A DNA stretch of 64,000 nucleotides from Acidimicrobiia bacterium (GTDB lineage Bacteria; Actinomycetota; Acidimicrobiia; IMCC26256; PALSA-555): NCBI GenBank assembly GCA_038904515.1, contig JBCKKA010000001.1, positions 3,387-67,386 on the forward strand, written 5' to 3'. Position 1 is the stretch's first letter, and the number at the start of each line of letters is the position of its first letter. Of the stretch, positions 20,283-29,194 are shown in pieces. The notes under the pieces were generated by a model. It ran no database searches and had not been told where the DNA came from. It saw only the letters and a list, made by a program, of their open reading frames with translations. The position numbers and the translations under genes are program-made.

Positions 20283-20609
20283 TCAGAGGCTTCCTGATGC
20301 TGGACCCTTATGCTGGACCCTGGCAAAACTCCACAGTTCGCTATGGCTGCTAACGGGGCCCTCGCTGCCGTGAGGTCGATGACCTTCACCAAAGGCCCGG
20401 CTCTTAGTCCACGCTTCGAAATCGGCTTCAGAACGCCAACGGGTATAAACAAGGTATTCGTTGCGGTCGTCAGTCGGGCGGAGAAGTTCGAATGCTTCAA
20501 ATCCGGGCGCCGACTCAACTTGACCGGCTCGTTCAGAAAACCGCCGTTCGAGTTCTTCGGCTCGTTCTTTAGGAACCGAAATTGCATTAATCCGCACGAT
20601 GCTCATCAA
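20283..20609 (-). CDS. ABM-domain monooxygenase, MhuD/IsdG-like (putative heme-degrading)
   Basis: MSIVRINAISVPKERAEELERRFSERAGQVESAPGFEAFELLRPTDDRNEYLVYTRWRSEADFEAW aligns by eye with the mycobacterial MhuD pattern (VKINAIEVP...LEKRFAHRAHAVENSPGF..FQLLRP....YFVVTHWESDEAFQAW). Confidence 0.75.
   Translation of the reverse strand: MMSIVRINAISVPKERAEELERRFSERAGQVESAPGFEAFELLRPTDDRNEYLVYTRWRSEADFEAWTKSRAFGEGHRPHGSEGPVSSHSELWSFARVQHKGPASGSL
20297..20322 (-). repeat. 13-nt x2 tandem duplication inside the last codons of the ABM gene
   Basis: atgctggaccctt at 20297-20309 and atgctggaccctg at 20310-20322, matching at 12 of 13 positions. Confidence 0.9.
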
Positions 20610-20682
20610 AAACCCTTCAATAGAGAACCTGTCTGGTTGCTCTAACCGTAGCGTCTAAATAGACCGCCGCGATTAAATAAGA

Positions 20683-21891
20683 CTAGAGATAACCAGCGGG
20701 GTTGACGGGATTTCCGCTTATTCGTACCTCAAAGTGCAAATGGGCGCCCGTGCTCATGCCGGTTGATCCGACGTAACCGATTACATCGCCCGCCGTGACT
20801 GTCTGTCCGACACTCACGGCGATTCGCGATTGATGAGCGTAGAGGGTTGCCATGGCGCCACCGTGATCTATAACTACTGCGTTACCGTAACCACCTTGCC
20901 CGCTGGCGATGACCACCGTTCCGGCTCGGCAAGCGCGAATAGGAGTTCCTGATGCGGCATTCATATCGACTCCGGAATGATTGCGGATTGATCCCAGAAT
21001 CGGATGTAGACGAGGACCAAAGGGGCTAATCACCGCGCCAGGGACGGGACGGGCTTGGCAACCACCCGGGCTACCCGACCCCGCACCCAGCGCGCGCAGT
21101 CGAGCAGCAATTGAGTCGGACGCGGCTTGGAGGCTCGCTAGCTCGCGTTCGTAACTCGCTCGTTCAGACTGGATACTAGCTACCGCCGAGCGTTCCGCTA
21201 CCTCTTCGTTGGCGGCTTGCGCTCGAGCTGGTTCAATTTGACCGCGCAGGGCAGAAATCTCATCGCGAGCGGCTTGTGCTTGAGCGGCCACTTCATCAGC
21301 CGCGGCTTTCTGTATTTCGAGCGAGCGGCGCTGGAGGTCAAGGTCGGCGCGCAACTCGGCGACTTTAGTAACAATTTCGCGGCGGTCACTAGAAACTTGA
21401 TCTAAATATTTATTTTGCTGCACCATTGAATCGGGTTGAGCGGTAAGCACGACATCGTAAGTAACCCCTCGTCGCGCCGAACGGTACATCTCGGCGGCCG
21501 CCGCGTTAAAGCGTTTTTTAGCCAAATCGAATTCAGCCTGTTTAACGGCCAGGTCGGCTGCGACTTCGCTATAAGCGGACGTTAAACGCGCCGCTTCGGC
21601 CGCTAACGGTGCTAACTTGATTTCCGCCTCCGCCACACGCGCGTCGAGGGCAGCCACTTGGACATCAATTGCATATTTGCGATTACGAATGTCTTGAAGT
21701 TGATTAAGCGCGGCAGTTTCTCGTTTGGACGCCTCGCCAATTTGGTTACGTAATTCGTTCGACCGATCGACAGGAGGAGCGGCCTGGGCCGATAGTGGTC
21801 CCGAAACCGCTAAGGCCCCGACCAAAAGTGCGGCCACCAGCCCAGCCCGCGGGAGGGCTTGGGCACGACAAACTCGCCAAAGGGGTTTCAT
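20683..21891 (-). CDS. Secreted coiled-coil M23 (LytM) peptidoglycan endopeptidase, EnvC/PcsB-like architecture
   Basis: Signal peptide ending in AQA. About 230 aa of coiled coil. The C-terminal M23 domain has intact HxxxD (HSGVD) and HxH (HLHFEV) motifs. It lies directly downstream of ftsEX. Confidence 0.88.
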   Translation of the reverse strand: MKPLWRVCRAQALPRAGLVAALLVGALAVSGPLSAQAAPPVDRSNELRNQIGEASKRETAALNQLQDIRNRKYAIDVQVAALDARVAEAEIKLAPLAAEAARLTSAYSEVAADLAVKQAEFDLAKKRFNAAAAEMYRSARRGVTYDVVLTAQPDSMVQQNKYLDQVSSDRREIVTKVAELRADLDLQRRSLEIQKAAADEVAAQAQAARDEISALRGQIEPARAQAANEEVAERSAVASIQSERASYERELASLQAASDSIAARLRALGAGSGSPGGCQARPVPGAVISPFGPRLHPILGSIRNHSGVDMNAASGTPIRACRAGTVVIASGQGGYGNAVVIDHGGAMATLYAHQSRIAVSVGQTVTAGDVIGYVGSTGMSTGAHLHFEVRISGNPVNPAGYL

Positions 21892-21900
21892 GAACTAACA

Positions 21901-21928
21901 ACTTTAGCAACATAGGCCTCATAGTCAA
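21901..21928 (-). promoter_or_regulatory. Candidate sigma-A type promoter giving a leaderless or very short-leader M23 transcript
   Basis: Minus strand reads TTGACT-16 nt-TAAAGT. The -10 hexamer ends 9 nt before the ATG at 21891, and there is no Shine-Dalgarno sequence between them. Confidence 0.4.
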
Positions 21929-21995
21929 GAGGCGCGCGGGCTGGCAAACTGTTCTATTTACTACTCGGGAGACATTTTTTTAAAGTGAGCGAGAA

Positions 21996-22880
21996 TCAGA
22001 CTCGCAAGAAACGGCGAAGTCCGATCGTTGAGCCGATGAGGCCGATAATGACCCCCAGCGCAAATACGTACAGCGCCACACTGACCGCGTCGCCGGTGGT
22101 CAGGTAGAACTCACGAAAGAAACCGGTTGGGCTGCTGAACCAACGATCAAAACCAACTTTCAGGACCGCTACTACTCCCACCGCCAGACCCGCTCCAATT
22201 AGTCCCTGCACGAGCCCTTCCAGCATGAAGGGAATCCGAATAAACCAGTTGGATGCGCCTACGAGTTTCATTACCTCGATTTCTCGCCGGCGGGCAAAAG
22301 TGGCCAGCCTGATCGTATTCACGATTAAGAAGAGCGAGGACAATAACAGGATCAAGGAGAGTCCAATAAAAATGATTCGCGCGGTATTCGTGGCATCAAG
22401 TAGACCGCGCAGCGCTTCCTCGGGAGTGGCAACATCGTCAACTCCCGGTTGGACCTGAAAGCGGTTCTGAATTGAATTCGTTTTTTCAGCCGTAGTCGGG
22501 ATAACTCGGAACGATGTAGGTAGAGCGTCGGCAGTGATATTTTTTACCAGGTCCGGATCTTTTCTAAAGATCCGCTTAAATTCGCTCAGCGCGTCTTGCT
22601 TATCGAAAAAACGAAAAGACTTAACATCTTGGTCGCTCTCAAGCGATGCCCTGATATCAGAAATCTGTCCATCGGTGGCGTCAACATTCATAAACACTTC
22701 GAGCCGCACTCCTCCTTTAATGCGCTCAGTGCCGTGATCGACCCAGCGGGATAAAAGCAGAATTCCCCCAAAAAGAGCTAAAGAAACTGCGACGGTAATG
22801 ACACCCGCGATAGTCATAAGCAAATTGCGACGGAGTGAAATAACCGTCTCGCGACTGAAATATTTAAATCTTGCCCACAC
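21996..22880 (-). CDS. ftsX: Cell division permease-like protein FtsX
   Basis: 294 aa, with 4 TM segments and a large first extracytoplasmic loop. Follows ftsE with a 2-nt gap. Confidence 0.93.
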   Translation of the reverse strand: MWARFKYFSRETVISLRRNLLMTIAGVITVAVSLALFGGILLLSRWVDHGTERIKGGVRLEVFMNVDATDGQISDIRASLESDQDVKSFRFFDKQDALSEFKRIFRKDPDLVKNITADALPTSFRVIPTTAEKTNSIQNRFQVQPGVDDVATPEEALRGLLDATNTARIIFIGLSLILLLSSLFLIVNTIRLATFARRREIEVMKLVGASNWFIRIPFMLEGLVQGLIGAGLAVGVVAVLKVGFDRWFSSPTGFFREFYLTTGDAVSVALYVFALGVIIGLIGSTIGLRRFLRV

Positions 22881-22882
22881 GA

Positions 22883-23575
22883 CTACTGTTCCCCGCCTTC
22901 TCCGTAGAGTCCGCTTGCTTCATCGCGTACTACACGCCCGTGATCAAGCTCAACAACTCGACGACGCATAGCGTCGACGATCCTTCCGTTGTGAGTGGCC
23001 ATACAAACCGTGGTCCCCGCCCGATTGATTCGGTCAAGAATTCTCATTACCCCAACCGTGTTGGCCGGGTCAAGGTTTCCCGTTGGTTCATCAGCAAGAA
23101 GGATTAAAGGTCGGTTGACGAACGCGCGCGCGATCGATACCCGTTGTTGTTCACCACCTGATAATTCAGCAGGGAACCTTTCATTCTTATCTTCAAGCCC
23201 AACCAGTTCAAGAACCTGTGGCACTTGAGCCTGAATAACATGCTTAGGACGACCGATTACTTCCATAGCAAATGCAACATTTTCATAAACTGTTCTCGTC
23301 GGCAGCAACTTAAAGTCTTGGAAAATGGTTCCGACATTGCGTCTAAGTTGAGGAAGTTTCCAGTGTGACAATCTAGTGATGTCGCGCCCGGCAACGATGA
23401 TTCGCCCTGATGTCGGTTGCTCTTCGTGAAGAAGAAGCTTCAAGAAAGTAGATTTTCCTGATCCCGACGGGCCAACCAAGAAAATAAATTCACCTTTGTT
23501 TACATTGACACTTACGTCCTGCAGCGCGACAATATCGCCCTTGTAGGTCTTTTCTACATTTTCGAAGCGCAACAT
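22883..23575 (-). CDS. ftsE: Cell division ATP-binding protein FtsE
   Basis: Walker A GPSGSGKST, ABC signature LSGGEQQR and Walker B ILLADEPTG. Confidence 0.95.
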   Translation of the reverse strand: MLRFENVEKTYKGDIVALQDVSVNVNKGEFIFLVGPSGSGKSTFLKLLLHEEQPTSGRIIVAGRDITRLSHWKLPQLRRNVGTIFQDFKLLPTRTVYENVAFAMEVIGRPKHVIQAQVPQVLELVGLEDKNERFPAELSGGEQQRVSIARAFVNRPLILLADEPTGNLDPANTVGVMRILDRINRAGTTVCMATHNGRIVDAMRRRVVELDHGRVVRDEASGLYGEGGEQ

Positions 23576-23725
23576 GAAATCAAAATCCTCGCGTTACTTT
23601 ACTATGAAACAAAGCAGCATTTAACCGGTACCGCAGGTTCGTTAACTCAAAGAATACCAGCCATAATTGCGAATATTGGGGCACTTAGCTGATCAATGCT
23701 TACCAAGCCATCACCCGACTGGCGC

Positions 23726-24835
23726 TTAGGAAACCGCTCCGGCTTGCCGTCGCCATTGCAGCCACGACTCAATAAAGTCGTCAAGATCACCGTCGAGAAT
23801 GGCGTCTACGTTGCCACTCTCGTAGCGCGTCCGTTCGTCTTTGACCAATCGGTAAGGGGCCATGGTGTAGGTACGGATCTGGTTGCCGAACGCAACGTCG
23901 CGCTTGTCTCCAGAGATGTTGGCCAACTCGGCGGCCTTCTGCTGGCGCTGAGCTTCAGCCAAACGGGCAGCCAAGATCTGCATCGCGCGCGCTTTGTTCT
24001 GAATTTGTGAACGCTGGTTTTGACACGATACGACAATGCCGGAAGGAATATGCGTGATACGAACCGCAGAATCAGTAACGTTCACGTGCTGACCACCAGC
24101 ACCCGACGATCGAAAAGTATCGATGCGTAAATCGGCCGCTTCAATTTCAGGCTCCTCAGCCGCCTCTAGTGCGGGAACACAATCAAAGGATCCGAACGCG
24201 GTCTGTCGGCGCGCATTGGCATCGAACGGCGAAATACGAATCAACCGATGAACTCCTCGTTCGCCGGTCAACATTCCCATGGCGTAGCGACCTTTGATCG
24301 TGAAAGTTGCTGAGGTAAGGCCGGCTTCCCCCCCCGACTGAATTTCGTCAATTTCAACTTCGAAACCTCGCCGCTCCGCCCAGCGAATAAACATCCGCAT
24401 CATCATCTCAGTCCAGTCTTGGGCATCAGTACCGCCTGCTCCAGAGTGAACTTCGCAAATAGCGTCGCGCTCGTCGTGCTCACCAGTAAACAATGCTCGC
24501 AGCTCGAGATAGTCGAGTTCTTTTCGTAAGTCGACTAGACCTTCTTCTACTTCAGCTGCTGCCGAATCATCTTCTTCTTCACGAACAAGTTCGTGGAGAG
24601 TGCGTACATCGGAAAGTTTCTGATTAAGTTCATCAATGCCATCGACATCAGCACGAGAGCGAGCCATAAGGGTCGTTAACTGACGAGCACGATCAGGGTC
24701 ATCCCATAGATCGGGCTGGGCAACTTCTATTTCAATTTCAGTTACAGTTTTTCTGGCTTCATCGATTCTGAGGTAACGGACCGCGTCCGATATTCGTTTT
24801 TCGATCTCAGCCAGTTCTTCCGAACAATCACGCAT
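23726..24835 (-). CDS. prfB: Peptide chain release factor 2 (single uninterrupted ORF)
   Basis: 369 aa with the SPF tripeptide (ISPFD) and GGQ (SGAGGQHVN). No in-frame UGA or +1 frameshift site is present. Confidence 0.95.
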   Translation of the reverse strand: MRDCSEELAEIEKRISDAVRYLRIDEARKTVTEIEIEVAQPDLWDDPDRARQLTTLMARSRADVDGIDELNQKLSDVRTLHELVREEEDDSAAAEVEEGLVDLRKELDYLELRALFTGEHDERDAICEVHSGAGGTDAQDWTEMMMRMFIRWAERRGFEVEIDEIQSGGEAGLTSATFTIKGRYAMGMLTGERGVHRLIRISPFDANARRQTAFGSFDCVPALEAAEEPEIEAADLRIDTFRSSGAGGQHVNVTDSAVRITHIPSGIVVSCQNQRSQIQNKARAMQILAARLAEAQRQQKAAELANISGDKRDVAFGNQIRTYTMAPYRLVKDERTRYESGNVDAILDGDLDDFIESWLQWRRQAGAVS

Positions 24836-24847
24836 TTTGCTGCCCGC

Positions 24848-27589
24848 TCAACGGCCGTGGCAAAGCTTATATTTTTTGCCGCTATCGCAGAAACACGGCT
24901 CGTTGCGACCGGGGGTTTTTTCTACTTTCACCGTTCCGCTAACGGGCTCATAATCAAGCCCTTTGCCCTCGCCGAGGGACACTTTCGAAAAATCGTCCGC
25001 CGGAGCAAGGGCGGCGGCCTTTAGCGCGCGGGCTCCCTGAACTGGTCCATCGGGCGCGCTGTAGTTCAAGTTTTGCACCGGCTCAGCTGTCTCCTCAACG
25101 GCAACATCTAGATGAGCAACATAACGAACAAAATCATCATCGATCATCCCCATCATGGCTTCGAACATATTGAACCCCTCGCGCTGCCATTCTGCTAGCG
25201 GGTCTTGCTGCCCCATAGCGCGCAGGTTTATCCCTTCGCGTAAATAATCCATTTCGTAGAGATGCTCACGCCAGTGTTGATCGATAACCGAAAGCATCAC
25301 CCTGCGTTCAATTTCCCGCAATGTATCCGCACCAACCTCAGCTTCTTTCGCTCCATATTGTTGAAGTACGTCTGCGATAACCAACTCTCTTAATTGTTCA
25401 TTATGCAATACATCGTTTAGCTCTACTTGCGTAATAGTTGATCGAACGCTTAAGTGAAGGTCGCGAAGAAATTCTTCAAGATCCCATTCTTCAGAGAATT
25501 CTCCAGCACAGTAAGTATTGATCAATCGCTCAATAACACCCGTGATAGTGACGATAGTTTGCTCACCAAGATCTCCACCATCAAGAATTTGCTGGCGACG
25601 CCGATAGATAATTTTTCTCTGTTCGTTCATTACTTCGTCGTATTTAAGAACATCTTTGCGAATCTCAAAGTTGCGAGCCTCAACTGTGTTCTGTGCCCGC
25701 TCGATAGCCTTGGTTACCATTTTCGCTTCGAGAGGCATATCGTCAGGAAATGCCCGATCCATAACCCAACTCATCGCGCCGGTGGCAAATAAGCGCATCA
25801 AGTCGTCCTCTAACGAAAGATAAAAGCGAGTCGCGCCGGGGTCACCCTGGCGACCTGAACGGCCCCGCAACTGATTATCGATGCGGCGACTTTCGTGGCG
25901 CTCGGTACCCAGTACAAAAAGCCCCCCAGCTTCTTTGACCAGTGCGTTTTCTTTAGTGCATTCGGCACTAATGCGCTCATACACTTTCTGGTAACGGTCC
26001 GGATCGGCTTGCGGCGAAGACCCTTCGGCTAAAAGTTCGTTGATCGCTAACCCTTCCGGAAAACCTCCCAACAAAATGTCAACGCCCCGACCCGCCATGT
26101 TGGTAGCAACAGTTACTGCGTGTGGTTGCCCCGCTTGGGCGATAATGTGAGCCTCGCTCTCATTGGCTTTGGCGTTCAGCACCGAGTGAGGAATTCCTCG
26201 CTGATCCAATAAACGCGACAGGCGCTCAGATTTTTCCACCGAAATAGTTCCCACCAATACTGGTTGGCCGAGGTCATGGCGTTCTTGGATGTCGTCGGCG
26301 ACGGCTTCAAACTTTGCTTCTTCAGTCTTGTAAATAAGATCAGGATCGTCGTCTCGAACCATCGGTCGGTTGGTAGGAATCGACACCACTTCCAAGCCGT
26401 AAGTGTGGGCAAATTCACCCGCTTCGGTCGATGCGGTACCCGTCATTCCCGAAATTTTCTCGTACAGCCGGAAATAGTTCTGCAGAGTAACGGTGGCCAA
26501 AGTTTGATTTTCCTCTTTGACGTGAACCCCCTCTTTAGCCTCTACCGCTTGATGCAAACCCTCACTCCAGCGCCGGCCTTCAAGAATGCGGCCGGTGAAT
26601 TCATCAACGATCCGCGCCTCGCCGTCTTGAATCACATAGTCGACATCTCGTTTGAAGAGTTCTTTGGCTCGTAGGGCTGCCTGCAATTGATGAACATAAT
26701 TTTGATTTACATGCTCATAAAGGTTGGTAACTCCTAGAGCTTCTTCGACTCGGGTGATCCCTTCTTCGGTGGGAACAACGGTCTTCTTCGCTTCGTCTAC
26801 TTCGTAATCGCGATCGCGCTCAAGAACTTTCACTACTCGAGCAAACTGGTGGTAAATCTGTTGGGCATCCTCAGCTCGGCCGGAGATAATCAGCGGTGTA
26901 CGCGCTTCGTCGATAAGAATTGAATCGACCTCATCAATGATGGCGTACGAATGACTGCGTTGCACTTGCTCCTCACGCGCGGAAGCCATGTTGTCGCGTA
27001 AGTAGTCAAAACCAAACTCATTATTAGTGCCGTAAGTAATATGCGCCGCGTAGGCCGCCTTTTTGGCATCCCAATCGCCAATTTCACTCAACACCACACC
27101 GATATCTAAACCGAGAAAGCGGTAAAGCTGACCCATCCATTCGGAGTCGCGCTTGGCTAGATAGTCGTTGACGGTAACGAGATGGACTCCATAACCAGCT
27201 AGTGCGTTCAGGTACGCCGGCAAGGTCGCGACCAATGTTTTGCCTTCACCGGTTTTCATTTCGGCAACCCATCCGAGATGCAAAGCCGCTCCACCCATGA
27301 CTTGCACATCAAAATGGCGCTGTCCGAGAGTGCGCTTTCCTGCTTCGCGTACGGCGGCGAATGCTTCCGGCAAAATATCGTCAAGGACTTCAAGGCGAGC
27401 CTGACGACCCGTTATTAAGTCGCCAGCATTATCAATGCGCTGTTGGAATTGCGCAGTAAGACCGCGCAGTTCATCGTCGCGACGTTTTTCCATCTCCGGT
27501 TCGAACGCGGCAATCTGAGGAACGATAGCTTCCAGTACCTTGACTTTGCGCCCCTCGCCCGCGTGTAAAACTTTCTGTAGTAATCCCAT
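24848..27589 (-). CDS. secA: Preprotein translocase ATPase SecA
   Basis: 913 aa. DEAD-like motor motifs (MKTGEGKTL, DEVDSILIDEARTPLIIS). C-terminal Zn-binding tail CFCDSGKKYKLCHG. Confidence 0.97.
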   Translation of the reverse strand: MGLLQKVLHAGEGRKVKVLEAIVPQIAAFEPEMEKRRDDELRGLTAQFQQRIDNAGDLITGRQARLEVLDDILPEAFAAVREAGKRTLGQRHFDVQVMGGAALHLGWVAEMKTGEGKTLVATLPAYLNALAGYGVHLVTVNDYLAKRDSEWMGQLYRFLGLDIGVVLSEIGDWDAKKAAYAAHITYGTNNEFGFDYLRDNMASAREEQVQRSHSYAIIDEVDSILIDEARTPLIISGRAEDAQQIYHQFARVVKVLERDRDYEVDEAKKTVVPTEEGITRVEEALGVTNLYEHVNQNYVHQLQAALRAKELFKRDVDYVIQDGEARIVDEFTGRILEGRRWSEGLHQAVEAKEGVHVKEENQTLATVTLQNYFRLYEKISGMTGTASTEAGEFAHTYGLEVVSIPTNRPMVRDDDPDLIYKTEEAKFEAVADDIQERHDLGQPVLVGTISVEKSERLSRLLDQRGIPHSVLNAKANESEAHIIAQAGQPHAVTVATNMAGRGVDILLGGFPEGLAINELLAEGSSPQADPDRYQKVYERISAECTKENALVKEAGGLFVLGTERHESRRIDNQLRGRSGRQGDPGATRFYLSLEDDLMRLFATGAMSWVMDRAFPDDMPLEAKMVTKAIERAQNTVEARNFEIRKDVLKYDEVMNEQRKIIYRRRQQILDGGDLGEQTIVTITGVIERLINTYCAGEFSEEWDLEEFLRDLHLSVRSTITQVELNDVLHNEQLRELVIADVLQQYGAKEAEVGADTLREIERRVMLSVIDQHWREHLYEMDYLREGINLRAMGQQDPLAEWQREGFNMFEAMMGMIDDDFVRYVAHLDVAVEETAEPVQNLNYSAPDGPVQGARALKAAALAPADDFSKVSLGEGKGLDYEPVSGTVKVEKTPGRNEPCFCDSGKKYKLCHGR

Positions 27590-27658
27590 TGCTTATGAGC
27601 CTATCGGGGAGAATCGGGCGTGCTCGCGTCAAACCCCGTATTCTGAGAGCATTCACAG

Positions 27659-29194
27659 ATGATTACCGCCGCGAACATTAAGAGCCGGCTCAGCTCGCCC
27701 CGAGCCGCGGGGTTGGTCCTCGGGGTAATCACCCTGCTTTGGATAGTCACTTTCAGCATTCTTGTGGTCCGCCGCCAAAATGGTTTCTGGTCCGTTGATT
27801 TCGACATGGGTATTTACGATCAGGCGGTGTGGTTGTTAGCGCGCGGCCACAGTTTTATAACCGTGCGCGGGCTTCCGGTTTTCGGGCACCACGCCACTTT
27901 CGCGCTTCTTCTATTTGCTCCCGCCTCGTGGTTAGGATCGGGTCCAAATTTTCTCAATGTCAGCCAAGTAGTGGCTATGGGGTTGGGCGTAGTCCCAATT
28001 TATTTACTCGCTCGCACTCGATCTTTGGGAGGGTGGGTTGCTGCTGCTCTTGCCGTGGCGTTTCTTTTACATCCGGCACTGCAATTTTTTACCGCGGAAC
28101 TATTTCACCCAGAGGCGATGGCTATCACACCCCTGCTCATGGCGTACCTGTGCATATCTAAACGTTCATGGCGATGGTTTGCCTTCTGGGCGGGCTTTGC
28201 GGTGTTGTGGAAAGAAGATGTCGCACTCGCAGTAGCCATGCTGGGAATAATTATTGCTATTAAGGCAAAAAAACCGTCTAGCGCTAAAAGATTAAGCGAG
28301 CGCCAAATCGGTTTAATTACAACCGTATTAGCGCTGCTCTGGTTTTTTTTCGTTTCCCAAATACTTATGCCGACAGTTTCTGGTTACCCCGCGCACTACG
28401 GCGAGCTTTACCAAGGCGTGGGGGGATCGGCCGGTGGAATGTTAGAAACTTTGGTTAACGACCCCGGCAATATCACCAGCCGACTCACTTCATCGGAAAC
28501 CCAACACTTCGGTTGGCAACTACTCGCTCCGTACGGATTGACCAGTCTGCTCGCGCCGCTTGAACTCTTGATTGGATTGCCGCAGTTCATACTCGACGCA
28601 CTCAGCGATTACTCTTGGACTCGCACTATTACTTTCCGCTACGCCGCGCTGCCGCTCGTGGCCGTGACTTTGGCCATGGTTGAAGGAGTCGCGTTCGTTT
28701 TCCGCCGAACTGGACAAGCAACTGGACAAGCAACTGGTTTTGGCCGACGAGGTGTGGTGATCAAACTATTACCCCTCGGCATTTTGGCTTGCGCTTTTGC
28801 CGCCACTATTGCGTGGGGGCCATCGCCTATCGGTGATGAATATCATTCTGGGATTTGGCCTCCAGCGGTGGACTCGCGCCGGGTTGCGCAAAATGCCGCG
28901 GTGGCCGCGGTAACTAATAACGGAGCGGTTAGCGCGACTTTTTCGCTGGTTCCGCAATTTAGTGGCCGGCGCGAGATCTATACCTTTCCCAATCCGTGGC
29001 GGCGACAAAATTGGGGGGTACCGGGAAGCAAAAAACGAAACCCCGATCGCGTTGAGTGGCTCGTCGTTGATCGCTGGGCCACTGACTCCACCAATCAACA
29101 ACTAGTGGATTCGTTGATTACCCGCGGTGTATTTAAAACCGTTTTTGATAAACAAGGAATCGTCGTGGCGCGCCGGAGTGCGGGCGGCAGTTAA
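27659..29194 (+). CDS. Polytopic membrane protein, DUF2079-like (putative GT-C-type glycosyltransferase)
   Basis: 511 aa with roughly 10 or more TM segments. The N-terminal FDMGIYDQAVWLL motif is characteristic of DUF2079. The family assignment is from memory of that motif only. Confidence 0.6.
   Translation: MITAANIKSRLSSPRAAGLVLGVITLLWIVTFSILVVRRQNGFWSVDFDMGIYDQAVWLLARGHSFITVRGLPVFGHHATFALLLFAPASWLGSGPNFLNVSQVVAMGLGVVPIYLLARTRSLGGWVAAALAVAFLLHPALQFFTAELFHPEAMAITPLLMAYLCISKRSWRWFAFWAGFAVLWKEDVALAVAMLGIIIAIKAKKPSSAKRLSERQIGLITTVLALLWFFFVSQILMPTVSGYPAHYGELYQGVGGSAGGMLETLVNDPGNITSRLTSSETQHFGWQLLAPYGLTSLLAPLELLIGLPQFILDALSDYSWTRTITFRYAALPLVAVTLAMVEGVAFVFRRTGQATGQATGFGRRGVVIKLLPLGILACAFAATIAWGPSPIGDEYHSGIWPPAVDSRRVAQNAAVAAVTNNGAVSATFSLVPQFSGRREIYTFPNPWRRQNWGVPGSKKRNPDRVEWLVVDRWATDSTNQQLVDSLITRGVFKTVFDKQGIVVARRSAGGS
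28709..28737 (+). repeat. In-frame 12-nt tandem duplication (about 2.4 copies) in the DUF2079-like gene
   Basis: actggacaagca at 28709-28720 and 28721-28732, then actgg. Encodes TGQATGQATG. Confidence 0.9.

Noticed and set aside
21892-21995. c-di-AMP (ydaO-type) riboswitch or tmRNA downstream of ftsX
   Set aside because: The spacer is only 104 nt and contains a promoter-like element close to the ATG. That is too short for either RNA, and no conserved motifs were seen. smpB and ssrA are simply not at this locus.
23726-24835. Programmed +1 frameshift in prfB
   Set aside because: I looked for the usual early in-frame UGA with an upstream SD-like element. The RF2 ORF is uninterrupted from Met1 through the SPF and GGQ motifs, so no frameshift is needed.
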